Shown in pieces: positions 39,440-48,889 of a DNA stretch of 64,000 nucleotides (its first letter is position 1; each line of letters opens with the position of its first letter). Location: the NCBI GenBank assembly GCA_017515595.1, contig JAFWFL010000093.1, positions 367 through 64,366 on the forward strand, in the 5' to 3' direction. The DNA is from Coriobacteriales bacterium. Its GTDB lineage: Bacteria; Actinomycetota; Coriobacteriia; Coriobacteriales; UMGS124. Both the position numbers and the translations under genes were made by a program. The notes beneath the pieces are model-generated. The model was given only the letters and a program-made list of their open reading frames with translations. It did not search any database and was not told the origin of the DNA.

Positions 39440-40057
39440 TTAAGCCGGGTCAATAACTACTTTACGATCTTCTGTAACATGAACTCTGCCCTCGGCAACT
39501 AGCTGCAGTGTAGCGGGGTACAGCTCATGTTCAACCTCGTGGATACGGGCCTCGAGTTCATCAACCGTCATGCCTTCTTCTACCACAACTGGACGCTGTG
39601 CAATAATGGGGCCGCAGTCATAATCTGCGTTAGCAAAATGAACGGTAACGCCGGTTATTTTAACACCGCGCTCGAAGGCATCCTGAATCGCGTGGCCTCC
39701 TTTAAAAGACGGCAAAAGCGCCGGATGCAGATTTATGATGCGGTCAGGGAATGCAGTCAGCAACGGTTCGCGCACCATACGCATGTAGCCGGCCATAACC
39801 ACATAGTCAACTTCATGACGCAAAAGCTCTGAAGCTATAACCTCATCTGCTGCAATAGGATCCTGTTTATACAGGGCCGGGGTCAGCGAAAGCGTTTGGA
39901 TTCCCGCCTGGGCTGCGCGTTTGAGACCATAAGCGGCTTCACGACTTGAAATCACAATGGGGATCGAGGCGTCGAGCGTGCCATCAGCAATACGATCAAT
40001 AATGGCCTGCAGGTTGGTACCGCTGCCCGAGATTAAAACACCAAGCTTGATAGTCAT
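39440..40057 (-). CDS. purN: phosphoribosylglycinamide formyltransferase
   Basis: GVLISGSGTNLQAI, NLHPALLPSFKG and VTVHFA motifs. Confidence 0.9.
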   Translation of the reverse strand: MTIKLGVLISGSGTNLQAIIDRIADGTLDASIPIVISSREAAYGLKRAAQAGIQTLSLTPALYKQDPIAADEVIASELLRHEVDYVVMAGYMRMVREPLLTAFPDRIINLHPALLPSFKGGHAIQDAFERGVKITGVTVHFANADYDCGPIIAQRPVVVEEGMTVDELEARIHEVEHELYPATLQLVAEGRVHVTEDRKVVIDPA

Positions 40058-40069
40058 TGCAAAGTCTCC

Positions 40070-41137
40070 TTATCTGTAAATAACTTTGCCTGTTCCGGGT
40101 ACTATTTCGCCCATGGGGAATACGGTTTCTCCGGCCTCCATGAGTTTCTCGGCAATGTCATCTACTGCGTTGGGATCGCATACTATTGCCATGCCGCAAC
40201 CCATATTAAAGGTGCGGAGAGCTTCTTCATCTGTGAGGCCGGCGGCTTTGACGGCCTCGGCAACCACCGGCGGAATATCCCAGGTAAGCGCATCTACTGC
40301 CGCATCAAGGTCTGCCGGCAAAACACGGTTGAGATTCTCGGTAATTCCGCCGCCGGCAATATGGGCTATGCCGTGAATAGGGAGCCCGGCTTCCAGAACA
40401 GCGAGAATGGGTTTTACATAAATGCGGGTAGGCTCAAGCATGGCGTCTACCAAAGACGCGCCTCCCAGATCTGCTCTGGGTTCAAGATACTTGGCGGGAT
40501 CCTTTTGCGCTTCTTCCTCATCAACCAAAACGCGGCGGGCAAGCGAATAGCCGTTCGAATGCAGGCCGCTTGACGCAAGACCCAGAATCGCATCGCCTTC
40601 CTTCACAAGCTCGGGAACAATCATTTTAGGCTTGTCAACCACGCCTACGCAAAAACCGGCGAGGTCATAGTCATCTTTTGCCATAACACCCGGATGCTCG
40701 GCCATTTCTCCGCCAATGAGCGCGCAACCTGCCTGCCTGCAGCCTTCTGCAATACCGCCCACAATCTGCGCAACATGCTCGGCTTCAATATGACCTATAG
40801 CAATATAATCAAGGAAGAACAAGGGCTCCGCACCGGAGGCCAAAAGGTCATTTACGCACATAGCGACAAGGTCTATACCCACAGTCTTGTGACGGTCAAA
40901 AATCTGAGCGAGGCGGAGCTTGGTACCCACACCGTCTGTACCGCTTACCAAAACAGGGTCTTCCATGGATTTGAATCCGGAGGCGCTAAACAGCCCGCCA
41001 AAACCGCCAAGTCCACCTATAACTTCCGAACGATTAGTGGTTTTAACAGCTGCTTTAATAAGGTCAACCGCGCGGGCTCCCTCGTCTACATCAACGCCTG
41101 CATCACGGTACGTAACATGTGTTTGTGCTGTGGCCAT
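40070..41137 (-). CDS. purM: phosphoribosylformylglycinamidine cyclo-ligase
   Basis: YRDAGVDVDEG N-terminus, DGVGTKL and AHITGGG-like (AHIAGGGITENL) motifs. Confidence 0.95.
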   Translation of the reverse strand: MATAQTHVTYRDAGVDVDEGARAVDLIKAAVKTTNRSEVIGGLGGFGGLFSASGFKSMEDPVLVSGTDGVGTKLRLAQIFDRHKTVGIDLVAMCVNDLLASGAEPLFFLDYIAIGHIEAEHVAQIVGGIAEGCRQAGCALIGGEMAEHPGVMAKDDYDLAGFCVGVVDKPKMIVPELVKEGDAILGLASSGLHSNGYSLARRVLVDEEEAQKDPAKYLEPRADLGGASLVDAMLEPTRIYVKPILAVLEAGLPIHGIAHIAGGGITENLNRVLPADLDAAVDALTWDIPPVVAEAVKAAGLTDEEALRTFNMGCGMAIVCDPNAVDDIAEKLMEAGETVFPMGEIVPGTGKVIYR

Positions 41138-41218
41138 AGATCCTCCTCATAGTATGACAGGAATATTCTCTACATGTCGGTAGGTATTGTACTCCAGTAA
41201 AAGACTCGGAGCAATTTG

Positions 41219-42556
41219 TTATTCCCAATATCCCGCAGCTTCATCTGCAGCGTTTTGAATGTCGTTCAGATCACCCGTTGCATCTCCGAGATCGCCAAAA
41301 TTGGCGCCCCAGTCTGTACATACCAAAATGGTACGATCATTCTCACGCTCATAACTGCAGGTAGAGAGCAAATAGACATGTTCAACACCCTCGGCGGTTG
41401 CGGCCGGGGCAAACGCACGCGACCGGGATATAAGATACTGAACATATTCTTTAAAATCATACTCATCAACAAAGTCAAACTGAATGATGTCAATATCATA
41501 ACCGCTTACAACCATGCAGCTTAACGGTGTAAGCACGTGGACAACGCCATCATTTGACACATAATAAATGCTGCCAATGGTATCAAACTGATCTTGGTTT
41601 GAGTACTCAGATATGCACTGGAACATCTCGCCGTTATTCAAATAATGGCCATATATAGCTGTCGTGCGGTCTTGAAGGTTGGGATCGCAACGGTAATCCA
41701 TAAAGATTGCGCCGGCCACATTATAGGTGTCGAGGAACGTATGGGTGAGATAATAATCATTGTCATCATGCTGACATACCGGGTAATTAATAGGCGTACC
41801 CGGGATACTTATCCAGCCCTGAATATCTGAGTTCATTCGCTGCAGGGCATCAAAATCAACAGTAGGCCTGCCCGACACCGGATCTTCAGTTACACTTGCA
41901 TTTTGAATGCTTGTATACTCATCAATACCAACTTTGTAAGCCTGCTGGCTACTGATCAGGTAATAAATAGCAACAGCTAAAAGCGCAATACCAACCAGCA
42001 GCAAGATTACGGCAATTACGAGCGTTGCCGAACCGCCTTTTTTCTTTTTATTATTGTTATAGTGACTGCCGTAATTCTCAGGTATAAGGTTGTTGGGCGG
42101 CAAAACACCGCTTGCCTGCGGTATATAAAGCTCTCCGTCATACTGCTGAGTATATCCTTGCGGAGCGGCATAAGCATCATATGGATAATCATCGATAAAC
42201 GGATCAGGATACTGAGACTGATACTGCGCTTGATACTGTGTGTCAAACTGAGGTGTATACCGGTCTGTATACCCTGATTGATATTGCGTATCAAAACGGG
42301 GAGAATATTGCCGGTTCTGAGCATACTGCTGTTGTCCGGCATATGCTTGACCTGAACCGCTGTGACCGGCAGCCTGGCGGGCTTGCGTTGTATAAGACGG
42401 ATTCTCATATCCGGTTGCCATCTGCGTCATCACGGTATCCTGAGGAGGAATAAACGTGGTTTCCACAGAATGCTGCGATGTATTTTGGGTGTGTTTGTTT
42501 TGCGGAGCAAAATGTGCGCCTACAAGTGGTTCTTCCTCATCAAAAGCCACAAGCAT
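41219..42556 (-). CDS. class B sortase-like transpeptidase with long Q/Y-rich N-terminal region and one TM helix
   Basis: Sortase B core (DIQGWISIPGTPINYPVCQ, AIYGHYL, LLSTCSY, RTILV). The N-terminal ~170 aa are low-complexity Q/Y/P-rich, followed by KKKKGG and TM helix LVIAVILLLVGIALLAVAIYYLI. Confidence 0.75.
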   Translation of the reverse strand: MLVAFDEEEPLVGAHFAPQNKHTQNTSQHSVETTFIPPQDTVMTQMATGYENPSYTTQARQAAGHSGSGQAYAGQQQYAQNRQYSPRFDTQYQSGYTDRYTPQFDTQYQAQYQSQYPDPFIDDYPYDAYAAPQGYTQQYDGELYIPQASGVLPPNNLIPENYGSHYNNNKKKKGGSATLVIAVILLLVGIALLAVAIYYLISSQQAYKVGIDEYTSIQNASVTEDPVSGRPTVDFDALQRMNSDIQGWISIPGTPINYPVCQHDDNDYYLTHTFLDTYNVAGAIFMDYRCDPNLQDRTTAIYGHYLNNGEMFQCISEYSNQDQFDTIGSIYYVSNDGVVHVLTPLSCMVVSGYDIDIIQFDFVDEYDFKEYVQYLISRSRAFAPAATAEGVEHVYLLSTCSYERENDRTILVCTDWGANFGDLGDATGDLNDIQNAADEAAGYWE

Positions 42557-42800
42557 CTCTTTCTCTCGCAGTTTTAAAAGCGCTCATAGCATACCACTTT
42601 TAGAGCTCTTTTCAACGCCAAATTAAAGCACGTCAGATGACCGGTAAAGAACTGTCAGCGATTTCCTATACAGTTTCTAAGGTGTGATTTCAATGATAAG
42701 AGCTTTGTTTACATTGACCCAATGAGCGGCATACAAGGGCAGAGCTTATAATTCGGAATCAGTTATTTTGTGTAAATCAAGTTGTCGGAGAGGACATGCA

Positions 42801-45026
42801 ATGCAATTCTCAAAACGCTTGGGATATACCCCGGCTCTGATAATAGGTGTTATATGCACTGCATGTGCAATCAGTATAGAAATGTGTGCATTCGCAATAC
42901 AGGCACATGCATCAGAGCCTGAACCACCCTATATAGGCGGATTCATCAATCTTATGCTGCAGAAGACAACAGAAGAAGAATCTGTCCCTGCCACACAGCA
43001 AACAACCAAACCAGCTCAAGGCACCGAGTTCTCAGACACTGACCCAAATGCCGGTATAGAGCCTCATGATCCTCACGAGATATGTATGACTCAAAACGAT
43101 ATCTCAACACTTTTTGCCGAGTATCGCGATTCAGGCACTACCGAATTTACTATCACCTGTTCAGAAGAACTTTTTGCCGAGATCTCTGAAAACAATTTCT
43201 TTATTTTGCACAGGCTTGAGAGACTCGGCAATATCCAGGAACGCAATATGAATTACTACGACACGCTGTATAAAATGAACTTTAGCAGCGTTGTCTACAA
43301 CGATACCCCGGTATATGTTTGCGACACCATGCCCCAGGCAGAAGCAGCGATCTTGTCAATAGACTTTACGCAGGTAACCAAGTTTAATTTGCTTTGCTCG
43401 GAGGATGTTTACAACACACTCTTTAATAACACAAGGCTGCCAAACCTCACGGCACGCAAGGGCGTCAAAAAGACCGACTACACAGGTTATTCCTCTATTT
43501 ACTATATAACGGTCAATGACGTTACGCTTTTTGATGCCCCGTACACCTATGCAAAGGATGAAACCGAGTTTCTCGAGGCTTTGAATGCCTATCACCAACA
43601 ATCGCTGAGCGAGTTTGTGATTGTAACAACCCCCTCTCTGTATGAGCGTCTTTTGGCAAACGACTATGAGAAGCTTTATGAACTCCAGGCATTGGGCCAA
43701 ATTTCTAAGTTCAGATGGACCGGCAATTCTGCGTCTGCCCATATTGCCTATACCGAGACAACCTTTGTAGAAGTACCACGAATCCCCTGTTCATCGACGG
43801 ACGATATTATAGAAGTCATTAAGCAGATGGGCGCCTCAGGTGTTACTGATTTTGATCTTGTTTTGGGCAGAGAGCTCTACGCGCAAATGACAGAAAATGA
43901 TCTGGCAGCTATGACAGAACTTCAAAAAGAGGCCGGACTTACCACGTATTCATGGCGCAGCTGGTATGAGTCGCTCACACTCATTGGCTTTGAAGGCGCC
44001 AATATTGTAGCCGACGTACGTCAGCTTACCACCCTTGAAGAAGCCATAGCATACCTTACCGAATGTGCCGAGAAGGGCGACAAAGTCATTTATTTGTTCT
44101 GCTCAGATGAGCTGTATACTACTCTGCTCGAAGGTACGGAATATCCTGATTCAGAAGACCTGAAGTACCTGTACGATATTTTTGACAGCTGCGGCTTTAT
44201 TCACTCGCCGTATACTTACTACAACAGCAGCCATATCATCGCAATAAAAGACATTGTGTACTACCCGGGAACTGAAATCATGCACGCCGTTAAAAACGGT
44301 ACAACCGCTTCGCTGGAACCCCGTCTTAAGGCCACTTACGAGGCTGCTCTGGAGCTCGCAAACCGCGCAAAATCTGTTTCTTCTGACCCTGTTGAGATTG
44401 CCCGCTACATTCATGACGAGCTTGCGGCACAAGTCACGTATTACACCAATGACTACTCTGATGATGACGACAATGCTGTTGGCGCTTTGCTCGACGGACT
44501 TGCAAATTGCGACGGTTACTCAGACGCATTCTATCTTGCAGGAACACTTGCCGGACTGGAAATTCGCTACCAGCATGGCGATACCTATAGCAAAGTATCT
44601 GACGAAACCCATATGTGGAATCTCATGAAAGTTTACGGCTCGTGGTACGCGGTAGACGTAACCTGGGATGACGGGGATGACAGTTTTGGCATTCCTTCTT
44701 ATAAATGGTTCCTTGCCGGCGCTGACCGCATGAACCGCACCCACTTTTGGAACCGCGTACCAACTGTTGAACTTGCCCAGACTACCAATATGGATCTCCG
44801 TCCGCGTGTTGAATATATTGCCTACTCATACAGCGATTTTGACATCATCGCTGCCGATATTACTGCATATATGCGCCCCTATGCAGAGGTCTATTTTGAG
44901 ATGGACAATGCTGATGACGCCTTTAGCAATCTCTTTAGTTACCTCCACTCATATGGAGTAGGTAACATCAGGTATAACTGGGATAGCAACATGCACTGTC
45001 TGTTCCTTAAGTATATGGAGTATTAA
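42801..45026 (+). CDS. secreted protein: five tandem ~90-aa repeats of an unrecognised domain + C-terminal transglutaminase-like cysteine-protease core
   Basis: Signal peptide (MQFSKRLGYTPALIIGVICTACAISIEMCAFAIQAHA). Repeat signature x(T/S)xFx(I/L)xC/TSxx(L/V)(Y/F) occurs 5 times (TEFTITCSEELF, TKFNLLCSEDVY, SEFVIVTTPSLY, TDFDLVLGRELY, KVIYLFCSDELY). Cys-His-Asp core NCDGYS / THMWN / DVTWDD. GGAGAGGA Shine-Dalgarno. Confidence 0.7.
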   Translation: MQFSKRLGYTPALIIGVICTACAISIEMCAFAIQAHASEPEPPYIGGFINLMLQKTTEEESVPATQQTTKPAQGTEFSDTDPNAGIEPHDPHEICMTQNDISTLFAEYRDSGTTEFTITCSEELFAEISENNFFILHRLERLGNIQERNMNYYDTLYKMNFSSVVYNDTPVYVCDTMPQAEAAILSIDFTQVTKFNLLCSEDVYNTLFNNTRLPNLTARKGVKKTDYTGYSSIYYITVNDVTLFDAPYTYAKDETEFLEALNAYHQQSLSEFVIVTTPSLYERLLANDYEKLYELQALGQISKFRWTGNSASAHIAYTETTFVEVPRIPCSSTDDIIEVIKQMGASGVTDFDLVLGRELYAQMTENDLAAMTELQKEAGLTTYSWRSWYESLTLIGFEGANIVADVRQLTTLEEAIAYLTECAEKGDKVIYLFCSDELYTTLLEGTEYPDSEDLKYLYDIFDSCGFIHSPYTYYNSSHIIAIKDIVYYPGTEIMHAVKNGTTASLEPRLKATYEAALELANRAKSVSSDPVEIARYIHDELAAQVTYYTNDYSDDDDNAVGALLDGLANCDGYSDAFYLAGTLAGLEIRYQHGDTYSKVSDETHMWNLMKVYGSWYAVDVTWDDGDDSFGIPSYKWFLAGADRMNRTHFWNRVPTVELAQTTNMDLRPRVEYIAYSYSDFDIIAADITAYMRPYAEVYFEMDNADDAFSNLFSYLHSYGVGNIRYNWDSNMHCLFLKYMEY

Positions 45027-46441
45027 TGACCGTACGCGCACTTCCAGGCGGCCATGACGCGGTACGGCCGTATCTCTTAACACAGTTTCTCACTGACCTT
45101 GGACCAAGCGAAACAAAGCTGACCGAGCGTAATACCAAGCGCATCAAAAAGAGCTTTCCCATCGCTCGTGAACAGGAGATTCTCTGGGCAGATGCAGTAT
45201 TTGGCACACGCTCTCACGGGCTTGTGCTCACCGATACCGGTGTCTTCTTAAAAGACGGCCCCTCCGGAGATGATGATAAAGAAGATGCGAAAGACGACGG
45301 TTTGGGATACTTTTATCTCAGATGGGAGAACTTTAACCCTGCCCGTATAAGCCATAAAAAAGGAAATCCCACCTTAGACGGAGCGTTTTTTCTTGATGCC
45401 GAGATGTTCAGGCCTTTTGCGATGGCTTGCGTACGCATCAATAACCGCAGAGTCCGGGCTTATAAAGCAGCAAGAACCGCTGCTAAAGGAACAGCTCTCC
45501 TGGCACCTCATGCACCCATACGCTCGGTATGCAGATCATCTGCAAAAGCATCGTTTGAATGGTGTCTTGATGAAGACAATGACTACCGGTTTTTAGATGC
45601 CGGCGGAACCCCCAAGATTCTCGAGGTACCCTTTGAACAATATGATGCGGTGCTTGAACGCATGCGCAAGCTCATTGCGGGAGGCCATGTTCCCACAGTA
45701 TCAGACACCCAATTATCCGGTATCCTGGTAAAATGCGGCTCGTACAGCTATATCCAGGCAGTTAACCTTGCACGAACCGGCAAAATACCCCTTGTACGCT
45801 ATAATGAACGTACCGGTTCTGTTATTTGCGATGACGAGAAAGGCTTGGGCTGGCATCTTGGACTTTGGTTACGCAAGCGCATGGGGTTTGGCGCCGGCAC
45901 ACTGAACATGAGCAGCGGCCACACACAGGCAATTACCGAGCTGGTAAGCGAAGGCTTGGCCTTAGGATCACTCGCTCAGGCTCAGGCAGGCAAAGACGAG
46001 CAGACCCTTGCAAAAGAGAATATGGCCAATATGGTCGCCGACAGAGTTGTCTCCACGGCCGGTTATTCGCTTGGCTCAACAGGAGCCCGCGTGCTGTTCT
46101 CAACCCTTGGAGCTGCCGCCGGGCCTTTGGGTATGATTGCCGGCCTCGCTTTGGGAGATGCATGCGGCAAAGCAAGTATTGAAGCGCTCTCAATGGCAAA
46201 AGAGCTGTTTATTGAGCCCGAAACCAAAATAGTCGGCCGCCTTTTGGGCGGTGTGCTTGCAAATATTGCTTTTGAATACGCACTCACTCCTACCGAACAT
46301 ACCCTTTTGCATGAGATGCTTGGCCATGTTAACCCGGCTATTCTCCAAACTTTAGGAGCCACCCTTCAGCAAACCCAAAACCAGGAGACAGAAATCCGCA
46401 AGTTTGTAATCCCCATGGTAGAAGCAATTCGCAAAGCGTAA
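45026..46441 (+). CDS. hypothetical protein (N-terminal PH-like segment, C-terminal Gly/Ala-rich hydrophobic segments)
   Basis: Start overlaps the upstream stop (TAATG). ILWADAVFGTRSHGLVLTDTGVFLKDG resembles bacterial PH-like domains. GAAAGPLGMIAGLALGDACG and LLGGVLANIAF are glycine-zipper-like. No family recognised. Confidence 0.55.
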   Translation: MTVRALPGGHDAVRPYLLTQFLTDLGPSETKLTERNTKRIKKSFPIAREQEILWADAVFGTRSHGLVLTDTGVFLKDGPSGDDDKEDAKDDGLGYFYLRWENFNPARISHKKGNPTLDGAFFLDAEMFRPFAMACVRINNRRVRAYKAARTAAKGTALLAPHAPIRSVCRSSAKASFEWCLDEDNDYRFLDAGGTPKILEVPFEQYDAVLERMRKLIAGGHVPTVSDTQLSGILVKCGSYSYIQAVNLARTGKIPLVRYNERTGSVICDDEKGLGWHLGLWLRKRMGFGAGTLNMSSGHTQAITELVSEGLALGSLAQAQAGKDEQTLAKENMANMVADRVVSTAGYSLGSTGARVLFSTLGAAAGPLGMIAGLALGDACGKASIEALSMAKELFIEPETKIVGRLLGGVLANIAFEYALTPTEHTLLHEMLGHVNPAILQTLGATLQQTQNQETEIRKFVIPMVEAIRKA

Positions 46442-46470
46442 GTCATTACAAGCTGTTCACGTGCTGCGTA

Positions 46471-46513
46471 ATCAAAACCGGCCTGCCCGCTTAACGGACA
46501 GACCGGTGATTTT
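46471..46513. terminator. stem-loop between convergent genes (better paired on minus strand)
   Basis: CCGGCCTGCCCG / CGGACAGACCGG stem. The two mismatches become G-U pairs in the minus-strand transcript. TTTT runs on both sides. Confidence 0.5.
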
Positions 46514-46603
46514 GGTAAACCTAAACTTTGTTATTCCGATGGCTCAAAGCTTGAATCCGGACATACGTCAATAGATTCTTAAACTATGCGTCCTCACAAT
46601 AAG

Positions 46604-47302
46604 TTAGTGGCACGTACCGCACTCAAATACGCCGGCATGGTGGCAATCCAGACAGAATGCCTTGGCATTTTTGAGTGTATTAGCCAAAACGGGATTCACA
46701 GCTTCTTCTTCTGATGCAGCAGAGGCACTGGCTTTTTGATCAGTGGTTGAGGTTGCCTTGCTGTCAGTAGTTGCCTTATCAGCGGTGTCTGCCTTGTCTT
46801 CCTGCGTATCCTTGGCTTTGACGGCATTTGCGTCGCCTACTGCATGGAATACATGGCAGCTGAAGCAGTTAATGGCATCATGATCTTCATTCGAAGGAAG
46901 GTCATGCGGGTTGATTTCATGGGTAGCGTCTTTAATAAGCTTGTCTTCTGTAGCCTTGACAAGGTCTTCTTTTTCATGACAAAGATTGCAATCCTCGGCA
47001 AGAGCCTTGGTTCTGCTTAGCTTTGTGGGCATCTTTTTGCCCTCTGTCTTTTTATGTACTCTTGCAAAACCGGTGTCATCAGTACTGTGGCATGCAGTGC
47101 ACAGACTCTCAAATGCAGGATGATCTGCAGCAAGCGTAATGTAAGAATCTGCATCAAACGAGTCCTTCTCGGCCGTATGGCAGGAAGTGCAATCATCAAG
47201 GGATGATTCCTCAGCAAAAACCCATGCCGGCAAAGCAAAGGCTAAAACAAAGCAAGCCAGTACCGCCACTAGGCGTAACAATCTTTTTGGATGTGTTTTC
47301 AT
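46604..47302 (-). CDS. hexahaem c-type cytochrome, secreted or membrane-anchored
   Basis: Six CxxCH motifs (CTSCH, CTACH, CNLCH, CFSCH, CLDCH, and CGTCH at the extreme C-terminus). N-terminal hydrophobic signal LLRLVAVLACFVLAFALPAWVFA. GGAGG lies 7 nt before the ATG at 47302. Confidence 0.8.
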   Translation of the reverse strand: MKTHPKRLLRLVAVLACFVLAFALPAWVFAEESSLDDCTSCHTAEKDSFDADSYITLAADHPAFESLCTACHSTDDTGFARVHKKTEGKKMPTKLSRTKALAEDCNLCHEKEDLVKATEDKLIKDATHEINPHDLPSNEDHDAINCFSCHVFHAVGDANAVKAKDTQEDKADTADKATTDSKATSTTDQKASASAASEEEAVNPVLANTLKNAKAFCLDCHHAGVFECGTCH

Positions 47303-47478
47303 AACTCGTCCTCCTTCATTTGGGGCTCCTGTAACAGAGCGGACTTTTGTGAACAAGATGATATTCTAGCATTATTTGCATTCCGGGAAACCCCGCAGTG
47401 GGTAATTATTCAATTAATTATCTCAATGGTAACCGTTTGCTTTGAAAAGGCATTCACAAAAGCTCCTTAAAATCTATA

Positions 47479-47496
47479 AGTTATAATATTATAACT
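47479..47496. promoter_or_regulatory. perfect 18-bp palindrome in divergent control region (candidate operator)
   Basis: AGTTATAATATTATAACT is its own reverse complement. It lies between the cytochrome c start (47302) and the first gene of the molybdoenzyme operon (47649). Confidence 0.4.
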
Positions 47497-47648
47497 CACC
47501 AGTTCAAAGCCTACACAATAATGCATTAAAGCGTATCTGAGCTTTTATTTGTTTTTGAGCATGTGCATAATTTGGGTCGAAGGCGGTGCGTGCGGCTGTT
47601 TTTGAGCCGCCTTTAGACGCACCTTCCGGTACAACAGAAGGGAAATAC

Positions 47649-48833
47649 ATGACTGAGACAAATGTGGATACCGCAGAGGTCACCGAGCAAGAAGTTAACG
47701 ACATTGCTGCAAGCGAAAACATACAGGAAGCTGAAGGCATTATTGAAGACGCTGCTCAGGAACAGGCAGAAGAAGCCGAGCATGAACCCACTGAAGAAGA
47801 GCTTGCCGAGCAGGAAGCTGCTCGTCTTGCCGCAGAAAAAGCTGCCCGTGAAGCAGCTGAGCGCGCCGAGCGCATGGAAGCCGAGCGTGAAGCAGCCATT
47901 CAGGCTTCTGCAAAAGCAGTTGAGACCATCAGCAAAGGCGCCGGATTTGTTACACGTGCCGGCGTATATTATGATGTCGATGCGCCACAGAGTGTAGAGT
48001 TCCAATATGCAGACCTTCTGCATCCGCAAACGCCGCAGGAAACCCCTCAAACAGACGCCGAGGCTTCTGAAGCTGCCGAGACAGATGCCGTCGATACAAC
48101 AGAAGATACCGGAGAGCAGTCTGCAGAAGAAACCGCGCAGGAGTCTGTAGAAACCTACGAAGACCCGTCTTATGTTGACCCCGCAGAATTCGCAAGGCAG
48201 GTTGCACGTTTAACGGAATCTGTTACCAAGCAGTCCCTTCACAGGGAGATCTTCTACAAGACGCTTGTATTTTGCCAGGAATCACATCTTCTCAGGGAGA
48301 TTGAAGACAAGATTGCAACCTTTGCCGAGTTTAAGCATGCAGCCGCAAGCCAGTACCACTTTATTAAGGTACTCGAAGAAGCCGGTGGTCTTGAGCGCTT
48401 TGAGCTTGACCAAGAGGGTGAAGTTATTACCCCTGAGCAAAAAGAGGGTCTTACCGAGGACGAAATTGACGACCTCGTTTATGACTATGCATTTATGACA
48501 ACAAATGCAGGAACCGCTGTAGTAGAGCAGCACACGCCAAGAGCCCGCATTATTGAGCTTTTGGGGCTCGTGCCCGAGCGCAAAGACGCCTACATAGAAC
48601 TTATGGACTTTGTAAGCGATGAGCCTCGTACCTATAATGAGATTTCTCAGCTGTTCCAAGGCCGTGATGTTTTGTACCGTCTCGATGCAGACGGTGAACC
48701 ACAAAAAATGCAGCCCAGTGTCTTTGTAGACAAACTTGAGGCTGCGGGCGGTATTGAATACCGCGACGGATGGGTTCTTACCGAGGAAGGGAGAGATTTC
48801 CTCGAAGAACTGCGCGGAAGCAAAGATGCTTAA
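47649..48833 (+). CDS. hypothetical acidic cytoplasmic protein with two winged-helix-like repeats
   Basis: GAAGGGA Shine-Dalgarno. N-terminal E/A-rich coiled-coil-like region. Two similar segments, VLEEAGGLERFELDQEGEVITPEQKEGL and KLEAAGGIEYRDGWVLTEEGRDFL. No signal peptide. Confidence 0.6.
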   Translation: MTETNVDTAEVTEQEVNDIAASENIQEAEGIIEDAAQEQAEEAEHEPTEEELAEQEAARLAAEKAAREAAERAERMEAEREAAIQASAKAVETISKGAGFVTRAGVYYDVDAPQSVEFQYADLLHPQTPQETPQTDAEASEAAETDAVDTTEDTGEQSAEETAQESVETYEDPSYVDPAEFARQVARLTESVTKQSLHREIFYKTLVFCQESHLLREIEDKIATFAEFKHAAASQYHFIKVLEEAGGLERFELDQEGEVITPEQKEGLTEDEIDDLVYDYAFMTTNAGTAVVEQHTPRARIIELLGLVPERKDAYIELMDFVSDEPRTYNEISQLFQGRDVLYRLDADGEPQKMQPSVFVDKLEAAGGIEYRDGWVLTEEGRDFLEELRGSKDA

Positions 48834-48889
48834 CCACGCAAATAAAGGTAAGGAAAGTATTGTTGTTTAGGAAAGAGGGAGGAAAGCAA

